Positions 36,733 through 47,578 of a stretch of DNA of 64,000 nt are shown in pieces. The position numbers were made by a program, and so were the translations under genes. How positions within the stretch are numbered: the stretch's first letter is position 1; each line of letters opens with the position of its first letter. This DNA comes from Microthyrium microscopicum (Eukaryota): positions 701,481-765,480 of the forward strand of contig MU004232.1 of NCBI GenBank assembly GCA_010405405.1, given 5' to 3'. The notes below the pieces were generated by a model. That model had not been told where the DNA came from, did not search any database, and was given only the letters and a program-made list of their open reading frames with translations.

Positions 36733-37407
36733 ATGACTTCCTGCCAACTTTGCCAAAACACAACTGGTGGACAAAACCACTCTGAACTGGACTGCGATCT
36801 GCTTTATAGCGTCTGCGAGGACATTCTCTCAACGATATGCAATGAATGCGCGGGCAATCACCGTTTGATCGACTGTCCATCCATAGCTCCAATTCGACAA
36901 GAACTAGTCGACTGTCGACTGAACGCTATTGTTGCTCATAGAATAGCTATGGATTCCATGGGCATTGACGAACCTTTAGAAGCTATTGAGGCGCAAGCTG
37001 CGGCTCTAGCATGCTACAAGCAAATTCCAGTGCCTTCGACTGTTCCAGTTCCAGCTATCATCATCAGTGATGCTGATCACGATGTATTCGAAGATCGTGT
37101 CTTGTATCCAGGGGCCAACGCTGCTGTTGTGCAGCCTGATTTGCTGCATGTTCGCGCGCGCTGGGTATACGGGTTCTCCAGTGCCATGGCATCTGATGCC
37201 GATGAAGAGGAGGAGGAGGAGGGGTGGGATTCCGAGTACGATGCCGATGGAGAGGACGGGTGGGAGTCTAGTGTATGGGACTCAGGGGAGGTCACAGAAA
37301 TGGAAAGCGTCTCTGAAGCATGGGGATCTGAGACTGAAGTGGAGGATGCTTCAGATTATCAGAGCTCTGAGCCCGCGCCTGAGGGAAGCTTCTGGGACGA
37401 GTTCTAA
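36733..37407 (+). CDS. Orphan protein E: two CCHC-like fingers and an acidic Trp-rich tail
   Basis: CQLC-x8-H-x4-C and CNEC-x3-H-x4-C. TATA-like ATATATA at 36661 and a CACCATG start context. Confidence 0.8.
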   Translation: MTSCQLCQNTTGGQNHSELDCDLLYSVCEDILSTICNECAGNHRLIDCPSIAPIRQELVDCRLNAIVAHRIAMDSMGIDEPLEAIEAQAAALACYKQIPVPSTVPVPAIIISDADHDVFEDRVLYPGANAAVVQPDLLHVRARWVYGFSSAMASDADEEEEEEGWDSEYDADGEDGWESSVWDSGEVTEMESVSEAWGSETEVEDASDYQSSEPAPEGSFWDEF

Positions 37408-37831
37408 ACTTCTGAACGATTGATATTGATTAGAGAACGTATCGCTGTTTCCAAAGATGAAAGTTGTCTCTCTCTGATTGTGATTAGACTGTGATCTTGA
37501 TTATCAGCTCGACTTCACTTTTAACGGCTTTGTTTCATTTGAGGAGATATTTGCAGATACAAAAGAACAATGACCTTGTTTCTCAAATAGACCGATAGCT
37601 TTGTATATAAATTGGGAAGGCACCCATTGTATGTCGCAGAACAAGGCCTTAGTTATGGTCATTGTCCCTTCACATCGTTCATATATATACTCCTTGTCAA
37701 ATAAGTCCATCATGGAGTTCTACCACTACCAGAACACCAAGTCAAATTCGATACCACCGATATTGCGACATATCGCAGTCAAAATTTCCGTAAAACATCC
37801 AATAAGTCATCAAACATCAGTGTCGGCAACA

Positions 37832-38854
37832 ATGAACAACTGCAAAGTCTGCACAACGCTCTTCCATAAGCCTCAGCACCATCAGGCTGAAAGCTGTCCC
37901 GTCCTACTCGGTTCAGATGAGAGCTTCTACATGGCGAAATGCACATACCTGTTGTGCGAATTCCAACCTCGCACCCATACTCTCCTTACTTGTCCTCGCA
38001 AGGCTGAACTTCTCAAACGCATCATCACAGTCCGACAGACCACGATCCCTCACGATACGCGCCAAGCTTATTATCCAGACCTCGTTCGACATGTACTCTC
38101 TCTCAAGCCGCGAGAACTCAATGCGCTCCCACTAGAACATCGCCAAAGAGCCCATGCCATCCACCACGACTACCAGTCAGTCCCACAAAAGCCCAGCCCA
38201 GAAGCATTTTCCAAGTTGCGCGCACTAACAGCCTCACAGATAGACAAGCTTCCACTCATAGACCAGCGAGCCATCCACTCTCTACGAGAACTCGATGCGC
38301 AGCAACAAGCAAAAGTTCAAGCAAAGGCCGATGAAGAACACAGATTCCTTCTCAAGCAGCTACTAACCCGCACCCCCAAACAACTAGACGCGAGCCCGAA
38401 AGTCGAGAAACTGATGACCCTCCTCAAGCAGATGCTAGATCTGACTCCAGATCAAATCAAGTCCATGCCACATATCGAGCAGATGCAAGTAAAGATCCTT
38501 CACCGGCAGTTCCGTCAAGGTACAGCTTCGCGTATGCCATCTCGAATCAAAGATGTCATCGAGCACTCCGGCATGACTCCAAGTGCTAAATGGTTGAAGA
38601 AAAGACGTCAGCCAGCGAAGAAAGATCCTGGTGTTGGACCGAAGCCATACAATCCTGATGGGACGTACAGTCCGTTCAAAAACGCCGATAGCGTACTTGG
38701 AAGTCCGGCGAAGATTGGCGCACCGAAGAGTCATGGGTCTAGTAGCCACGGGTCGGTGACTTGGTCTTTGGCTTCAGAGGATGGTGATGAGGCGCCGACT
38801 TCGACGGCGCAGATGCGTACTCTGGAGAAACGGTTCGGGCAGACAGGATTATAA
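37832..38854 (+). CDS. Orphan protein F: two CCHC-like fingers plus tandem CSTF_C-like helical repeats
   Basis: ATG at 37832. CKVC...H....C and CTYLLC...H....CP. Repeats VLSLKPRELNALPLEHRQ, LRALTASQIDKLPLIDQR and MLDLTPDQIKSMPHIEQM. Confidence 0.8.
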   Translation: MNNCKVCTTLFHKPQHHQAESCPVLLGSDESFYMAKCTYLLCEFQPRTHTLLTCPRKAELLKRIITVRQTTIPHDTRQAYYPDLVRHVLSLKPRELNALPLEHRQRAHAIHHDYQSVPQKPSPEAFSKLRALTASQIDKLPLIDQRAIHSLRELDAQQQAKVQAKADEEHRFLLKQLLTRTPKQLDASPKVEKLMTLLKQMLDLTPDQIKSMPHIEQMQVKILHRQFRQGTASRMPSRIKDVIEHSGMTPSAKWLKKRRQPAKKDPGVGPKPYNPDGTYSPFKNADSVLGSPAKIGAPKSHGSSSHGSVTWSLASEDGDEAPTSTAQMRTLEKRFGQTGL

Positions 38855-39648
38855 AGACGTTGCAAAGAGATGTCTGTGATGAGAGGCCACGATATGTCCA
38901 ATGCGTTGGATAGGACTGATAACAGTCAGCATAACAGGTAAGTCAGTATGAAAGGAATGGTAAGTATTTTCGAAGCTATAAGAATACAAAGTTGATGATT
39001 TTCGAATTTAACTGGGCTATAATCAGTGAAAATGAAAGCGTACAAAAAGGGGATATAGATGAAGCTTCGAGAGCGAGATCACCATCAATCAATGAATTCT
39101 AAGATATCCTTGCTCTTATTCGTATGTCAATCGTATACGCTCTCATTCAGTAATCCTGTTTTTTTTTTCAAGATAAGTGCAAACAGAGCAATCCAAAGAA
39201 TTCCCATTGCCCCGTCCGCGACAAATATATCTTATACCTCTATATCAAAAAAAGGTTATCACGCATCGAACCCAGCCATTTATCACGAACTACCTTCGAG
39301 AGCATCAAGATATAGCAGTTTCAATTACTATGTATATCAATCTCTGCGAAGTAGAAAGAACCAGCCGAAACAAGCGCATTACGGTCAGGTATCTTAACGC
39401 CCAGTAAAACACCGTTCGACGATACGCCAACACGACGCTAAAGTCGCAAAATCATCGAACAACCATGGTAACCCGCTAAATATTGCAAATAGACAAACAG
39501 TCGAATCCATTACTCTACACGCACACAGTGCCTCTTCAGCCCCGGTAAAAGGCTCCTTTGCAGAACCACTCCTGTATCTCCCTCCTTCTTTGTGTGATTA
39601 CCCACCGTCCTGACGCCTCCCTTGCGCTTTCTTCCTTGGAGAGGTATA

Positions 39649-39879
39649 TTATACCCCCTTAATAGCAACCGTCCGCTCCGAAATCAACTTGCTAGCATTC
39701 TGCTCATGGCTCTCCTTTTTGCAATCCTCCAAGTTCGGACACATATGTGACTCGAGGAGTCGGTGTTTGGAGCAGAAATGGCCGCCGCAGAAACCGCAGT
39801 CGCCGACGATTCGTTGGGCGAGACCGGTGCATTTGTCGACAGTGTCTTTTTTGTAGTCGCAGGTCGGTTTGCGGGCCAT
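39649..39879 (-). CDS. AN1-type zinc finger protein
   Basis: AQRIVGDCGFCGGHFCSKHRLLESHMC. Confidence 0.9.
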   Translation of the reverse strand: MARKPTCDYKKDTVDKCTGLAQRIVGDCGFCGGHFCSKHRLLESHMCPNLEDCKKESHEQNASKLISERTVAIKGV

Positions 39880-42011
39880 GATTGCGATTTGTACGGGAAG
39901 AGGTTGTGGTGGGTGGGAGCGGGTTGAGGGGAGATGGTGATGGGAGCGGTTGTGGTTCTTGTCTGGGAGGAGTTTCGATATAAGGTTGTTGATGCAGAGG
40001 GATTGTTTGGGTTTAAATAGCTGGGAGGGATTAGTGTTGGTTGGAAGGAAGGAGGAAGAGGTTAAAGTACTTGATCGTGGATGTATGGGTTTGTTGCGAA
40101 CGAGGTTGATGGCGTGCCCGAGAGCTGGTTACTGGCGATAAGGTTGTAGTTTGCGGCTTGTCGGAAATTGTAGATTGTAGGAATTGTGTTATAAAGATGG
40201 CGGCGCTTAGGTGCTCACAAAGGAAATATAGGAAATCAGGTGGATCAAAAGGATAAGAGTTGAGGTTGAGGAAAGTGAAGTGTCGGAAGGCAGACGTATG
40301 ATGAGTTGATGAGGTGTCTTTGATGAGTGTGTGAGTGAGTTGGTCGAGACGCCGGTGGCGGAGGCGGAGACAGTGCAGATGACAGGACGGATATAAAGAG
40401 GATGACGTTCAGGCCAGTAGGCGGGAGGAGGAAAGATCAAATGGAACGAAGCGGAAGATCAAAGACTAACGAAAGTACAGTACAGTAGTAGGCAGTCAAG
40501 TCATCAAAGACAACGTTGTCAGTGCACGGATATCGGCGAGGCGGCGAAAGCGGCTAAAGATACTCCAAACGTCTTGATATTGCGGAACAGCCTCACAAAA
40601 GTATAAGACACCGAGATCTGGAATGGATGGCACGGATTGTGGATAGATCGGGCAGGATCTTGCTTGTACAAAATGGTAAAATGGCGATCGAAAGGACGGC
40701 AGTTGAAGTGGTATAAAAGGAACGAGAGACATTGGAGTTATTAATAATGGGTTGATATCAAAAGACAAAAAGTAATCCGCATGTGCATGTATCACCATAT
40801 CAACTCGGGCACATTCTCGTCTAACTCTTTCAAGACCTACTTATCCACAGTTCCAGACCACCAGTCCTCTTAACAACTACAGATGCAACCATAATCCAGA
40901 CCATCAAGGGATGCCACTCAATACATAAGCCATCCACAATCTCCATCTCGACTCACCCTTTGCCCAAGTCGCCATTGACCATTCGCCTTGCACCACCAAA
41001 CACCAAGCACCATAAACCACGCAACAAGCGGTTACCGCCATTATCGTCTGACAAACCTTCCAACCCTCCATCCAGCCCGAGGGTTCAATCGTGACTTTAA
41101 TTCTTTGACCGCCCTCATGCACGCCTGTCTCCAAACTAGTGCCCCTAGGGTCGTGTGCCTCTTCCCATCACACACGAGCCAAGAGAAACCCACGAGAGAC
41201 TCAAAATGCATGTGCCTGGCCCACAAGCTTACCAACCGCTCCAATTGTGGTTAAAAGCAGGGTTGGGTACATTTCTCGAATCACCACGCTCCAGTTCCCA
41301 AGGATCAAGGGTCCTGCTGGCACCCGTCCCGCCAAAACCTTTATTTTATTGTCGCGGTTGGCAATGCCATATTCTTGTGCTTCGGTACCAGTACTTTTGA
41401 GATTTCTTTGTGCTGCTTTTTTGACCATGCCTAATTTTACTTGCCCATGTATGCGGGAGCAGCTCTTCTCCTTGCCTTGACTATAACGCATATATTGGGG
41501 ACACCCGCCAAATTGGTTCGAGAAAGCTAGCGACACAGATACGTTGTGCTACGGAACAGCAGATCGGCGGTCATTGCTTCCATTGTTCTTTGATCGAGCC
41601 ACGTTTGCGGGTGTCGTTCTAGATGTTGAGGATCGGCGTGGCTAGGCCAAGCAGTTTGCTGGAATGCTTCAAACTTGCGGCATCACCGAACCGCCACGTC
41701 CAGCTATTTCCTGATGGCCTTCTATTCTGTTGCTGCAACAGGTATATCCGCACAACGAACAGGAAGGTTATGTCTCCGCGAGGTTTAAGCATGCTACTTC
41801 CTAATCTTGATATTTGATTTTTGTCTTTTATGTGCATCTCAGCAGTATTTTCGTCCACATGTCCGAGGCATCGAGACAAAAGTCATCTCTACAAACCAAA
41901 GCCTTCCAATCTCACATGTAACCAACCAAGTCTCCGTAAAATGAATAACAAGAAGTTTTCCAAAACATCCTCAAGATTCCGTCCATGAACCTCCACAATG
42001 AACAGCGAAAT

Positions 42012-43942
42012 CTAGAAATTCTCCTTGCCCCATAAGAAGCGGAACTCCCGCGTACTGTACTGATTACACTTGATATGCAACAGACTCCCCAACACCTTGG
42101 GACCACAAAAGAACACACCCGCCTCCGCCGGCTGGTGGATCTTGCGGATACCCTTGAAGATCATATCCCAGTTTGGTCTGCCGAAATTGGTGGGCGAGCG
42201 GAGACCGGTGATGGCGTCTTGTTCGGCGTTGGCATCGTTGATCATGATGTTCGTTGCGTCTTCGGCTCGGATTTTGGCTGTTAGATACTACGAGGCGAGT
42301 TAGTAAGATGGGAGAAGGGGTGGCGGTGGGAAAAGTAAGTGAATGGGAGACTTACGGTATGGATTTCAATGGAATGTTCACTATCTTGTGCCTCAATAGC
42401 CATCAACAGCGAGCGGAACCACTCGAGTGAACCAAAGTCACGAATGATCCAGAAGAAATACACTTTTCGTAGGCGACTCTTTCCTTGAGGATAGTTCATG
42501 CGGTACCAGATACTCTTGAGAATACTAGCGAATGGAGTAACACCGATACCAGCACCTACAAGAACCGCGACTTCAAACTTGAACACATCCTCGGACGCAG
42601 AGCCAAATGGACCATCGACGTAGACACGAGGCAAGATGCGACGGAGTGATGGGTCAATCCCGTCTTCATCGATAGACTTGACGACGGCACCGTTGGCGGC
42701 TTTTTCACCGCCCTTTTTGGACCAGTCGCAGCCGAGTGCTTTGGACATGGCCATGGTGAAATCACCCTGGCAACGTACGTGCACGGAGATATAGTCTTCC
42801 TCGGGGGCGGATGTCAGAGTGAAGGGGTGATATTGCCAGACGGAGACTTCGGGGCAGCAAAGAAAGATATACTATATCATGCGTTAGTCTTTCAGAACTC
42901 CACGTTTTTTGGGGATGGCTTACTTGTCCGGCTCTGGTGATGGTATTGTCCTTCTTAATCTGAATTTCGCAGACTTGACTTGGATGTTGAATAACCTTGG
43001 ACACATACGTCTTATGGCGTCCTCGGATTTCACGAGCGACACGTTCAGCGAGATATGTGAAGCCTCCAACGAGCCAGTACTGGTAGAAAACACCGACACC
43101 GTTGCAGTATGGTGCGCGATCATTCTTAATCATGCAGAACTCGCCATGGACGGACCAGAACATGAAGAAAATGATGAACATGTGATGAGTATACCAGAAA
43201 CGTTCAAAGTTGGCTCGGCGTGGTGCTTCCCTGGACGTAAAAACCATGGCCATCAAAGCTGTGAGCATGATATAGCCAGACCAGCCAGGTCCAGTAACCA
43301 AGTTGGCCATAAGGAAACCGACGAATCCAAGCTTTTCTTTGGCGGCTAGTTGGGCATAGTTGTTCCAGTGGGCAATAGTATGGACCCATGCGAAGAATAC
43401 AATGGACCAGGCGACAAGTTTGTGGAAGGTGATGTTTTTGTCCAGTTGTATAATTCCATTTAGAGGAGTTTGACGAGCCAGAGAAATGAGTGTTCTGCAC
43501 ACAGGAAGTAGAATGAGAGCAACATCGACATGAAGCACCAAAGCAGCAGCACGAGCTGTAGGGTATGATAGTCCAAATACCGATCGCGCGCCGGTCAAAG
43601 TATCCTATTTCTTGTTAGTCTCAGTACCAGCCAAATAGATTATAAGCCTTACCTTGAGCTTAAAGTTCATGAAACCAAAAGCGAAAACCATTGCGTGTAA
43701 AAGAGCAAATACGCCCAAAAATCTTCAACCCATTAGTTCAAATCTTTCTTTATGCTGTTGTATACCCACAATCGTCGCCATCCTTCATTAATCATCCAGA
43801 CATCAAAACGTTCTTTCCACGACATAACCCTTGGTCCTTCATCCGTCAATTCTCCCGACATCAACATCCGCGTCAATGGTGGCCATCTTGATCTTTCTCT
43901 CTTTGACAACGTGCGCCCCAAGACACCCTTTTCGAAATCCAT
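42012..43942 (-). CDS. noxA: NADPH oxidase NoxA (gp91phox homologue), multi-exon
   Basis: WMINEG, ILLPVCR, FERFWYTHH, QYHPFTLTSAPEEDY, VDGPFG, GAGIGVTPF, FFCGP and terminal KENF. Confidence 0.97.
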
Positions 43943-46546
43943 GGTGACAGTAAAATGGCGGAGTGTATGATCGATGCGATCGGTAAGGACGGTATCAGTA
44001 CAATTTCAGGGCCTGCTGAGCGCTATAAAATGCGAAAAGGGAATAAATCTAGTATCACCAAGTCAGTCGTTATTCTCGTCCGGCGGCTAAGCGGTGTAGA
44101 AGATCAACTCACATAGTGCCCGCACTTGTAGTTGAACGCGAAAAGGCGATTGATGCGTCCCACAGCGTGTAAAAGGTCAGGCAATAAGAGCAGACCTGCG
44201 GCTCAGCAATAACAAGAAGTGAATGCAAAGAGAAACCCCTAGAAAGAGAGAGGGAAAATGTTTCTTGAGCGGGAAGGGCAGGATGAATGCAAAGGTAAAA
44301 GGAAGCGCTGGAGTTGGTGCAGTTGGCGGCCAGAAAGGGGTAAGGCGGGTACGCGCAGCGCGGGATGATGAACAGTGGAGTCTTGGGAGCGAGAGAGATG
44401 GCTGGCAAGGGACCAACAAATGCTTCGAGGAATCGAAACAAGTGCCAATTACAGTAAGATCAGGTCACAGTGGTATTAAATCTGGAGTAATAATATGAAC
44501 AAGGCCCAGGACATGCTCAGGCCCAGCGTGGCCAGGTACCAAATCTCCAGCGGCTGGCGTGCGACGATGCAGAGGCGAACAAGTAGGCGAAAACACCAGG
44601 ACTGAAGGACAGAGGGGAGAAAGGAAAACGCAATGCCTGTTTGGGATTTGGTTGCTCCTTGATGCTCCATGCCTGTCGCAGGTCTGTCTCAAGGTAGTCC
44701 ATCTCTCCAATCAGCGGACACAATCGACCAAGAACACGCGAAATGGCAGGTGTTGAGGCTGAAGCTAGACCAGTCATGTTCAACTGTTTGGACAGCCTGC
44801 AGCACTCCAGAGAAATCCAGGAACAAATCTTTGAGTTGTCGACCAGTTCAATTCAAGAATTGGTAAAACAACATTTAACTGCCGAGTTCTCCGTTGGCCG
44901 AGTGCAATATCTTTCCAAGTCTTTCAATGAACAAAGACATCAGTTTCGCCGTAGAAGGGAAGAAAATGTAGTCTTCAAACACATCTTTTGCCCTTCACAG
45001 TGCTCGATATGCAGAACTTGAATGCATGTCCCAAGCAGTACATAAAAATCACCTTGTATGCCTAGAGACCCAAGTATATGGGTACAAGAGTATGATGTGA
45101 CGGGACGAGCGATATGAAGGAGCTGCAGGCCTTGATCCGGACCTCATTTTATTCAACCTGTTATCTGTCAAACGTGACAGGAACCCCACATCCAAAAGCC
45201 ATTAAATGTCACTTTGATAGTTGTGGGGTGTGTCAGTGTGGATAGTCCATATCTGTTGCAGAAGGACTCGTCACTGCTCTGACCTTATAAGGTACAAGGC
45301 ATGACAGGTAGCAAAGGAATCAATGTCAAGGGCGTCCAAGCCTTGCTGATCGTCCACTGATCGCATGGAAGCTCAAGATATGTACTCAAAGCTGCCAGGG
45401 GATGTTCGCTTCGACATTGGGCGTATGGTGTCGACCATCTTCCACCATCAGTGCCATCAAGGACGCAAGTAATACGTCCAATTTTTGTTCTCGTCCGGCT
45501 GGATCAAGGACCGTACAAGAGATATTGCATAAGCTGTTCAAGTGGATCGATCACGAAACAGGGCATATCCAAGAGTGTTGGTGTTGAGGGGTACGGACAT
45601 TGAATCTAGACCTTCTTTCAATCTTGTCAGACCTGTCAAATCGAGCACTGGTACACTGGTCCAATAGATGCTCTTGAATGGGCTTGCGAGAGCCGTTGAT
45701 GGTGAATCTGGGGTTGATCCTTCGAGATTGGAACCAGCTGCAAAAGCCATTTCGACCCGCACAAATCCGCCAACCTCGGCTAGTGCCCCGTTATCGATAG
45801 CGAAATCGCAGAATAATTTTTTGGTCACACTTTATTTCACATCGTACGTTGTTGAGAAGAAGCTCCGACGATCTGCTGACCTCTTCATCGATATTCCTTG
45901 GTATTGTCGGTGAGAAAAACAATACTGTACCCCTCTCGATTGCCTACTATTGTCTTTTCAAGTCAGCCAACAGTTTCGTGGTATTCTGCGATAACACAAC
46001 AAGTCGGTCTGCAAGCGGCCATCGTACATGATCACCAAACAGCAAATCAACAACAACAGTTTGCAAAAACAACTGCCAACTCATTGATTCTGTCATCTAG
46101 ACATCCGTGCCCTTGCGTATGACCTCTGATCGTTTGGTGTTGAACAATCCCAGTTACGACCTCGGACGAATCTGATTTGGCAGCGCATACGGAGCATCGG
46201 TACTAAGGGTCGAGTCCAGACGTAGGTTTAGCCCGCCCGCAGATTTTGAAGCTGCAACAACCTTGAACCACGCCTCCAGAAAGTATAAGGTATAGCCCAT
46301 TTGCTGTTCGACCCTCAAAGGCCACAGTTATACAAGCACACAACTGCAGCAGAGCGAAAACTACATACAAGTTGGATCCAACATCCTCCTTCTTCCTCTT
46401 GCTTGCACCTTCTCATCCGTGATACACCCCACCTTGGACCAAACAGCAAACTCCTACCAAACATCGATTTGGAAAAATTCAACCTCCAGGAGCACCTATT
46501 ATTTGGATACTAGTATCTTCCAACTCACCAAGAGCATTTGTCAAAG

Positions 46547-47578
46547 ATGGACACTCAAACCACCACAAAGCTCGGGTCTACCTCGGCCGCCACTACCAAC
46601 GGTGTCGAAAATAATAAAAAGCGGTCCAGCATGCAATCGCGCGCTGATGAGGCTCACGCCCGCCGACCCATCGCTGCCCGAGCAATTTTGCGAGAGCGCA
46701 AGAGGACCAGTCAGTCGCCAAAACAAATTTCTCTTGGTCCAACACCATGAGTACTGACGGTCCGCTTTCTTCCCCTGTAGGAACCCAATCCCTCCCTCCT
46801 CCGCAACTGCCGCAACTTGTTGCTGAGCAGCATGCCACCATCGCCGCAAACGATCGCGACACTCAGCGTCTTGTCGTTGTGCTGTCAAACGCGAGTCTCG
46901 AGACATATCGCGCGCACGCGTGGGGTGGACGAAATGGCGCGAGCCGTGATGAGAAGTATTCGCTGTTGAATAGTGATGAGCATATTGGCATTATGCGCAA
47001 GATGGGTCGCGATATTAGTGAGGCGCGGCCAGATATTACGCATCAGGTTTGAAAAAACTACTCTCCCAGTGCGCGCGCAAAAGCTTATAATGATACACCA
47101 GTGCCTTCTTACCCTCCTCGATTCTCCCGTCAACAAAGCCGGCAAACTCCAAATCTACATCCATACCGCCAAAAACGTCCTCATCGAAGTCAACCCAACT
47201 GTCCGCCTACCACGAACCTTCAAGCGTTTCGCTGGTCTTATGGTCCAACTGCTACAACGCTATCACATCCGATCCAACGAGTCCAACGAGCCACTCCTCC
47301 GCATCATCAAGAATCCCATCACCGAACACCTACCACCCAACTGCCGCAAAGTCACACTCAGTTTCGAAGGTCCCGTCGTGCGCGTTAAGGACTATATCCA
47401 AACGTTGGGACCTAAGGAAAGCATCTGCGTGTTCATTGGCGCAATGGCCAAGGGCAAGGATGACTTTGCAGACTTGTACAAGGACGATACGATCAGTATC
47501 AGCAATTACAGTCTGTCGGCTAGTGTAGCGTGTAGCAAGTTCTGTCATGCGGCGGAGGATATTTGGAGCATCATATAG
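46547..47578 (+). CDS. NEP1: Nep1/Emg1 18S rRNA pseudouridine methyltransferase; introns 46710-46780 and 47047-47101
   Basis: [68 protein letters not shown] and [10 protein letters not shown]. The start could be 46547 or 46631. Confidence 0.95.

Noticed and set aside
46538..46750. Separate small ORF overlapping the NEP1 start
   Set aside because: It is better explained as NEP1 exon 1, joined by intron 46710-46780.
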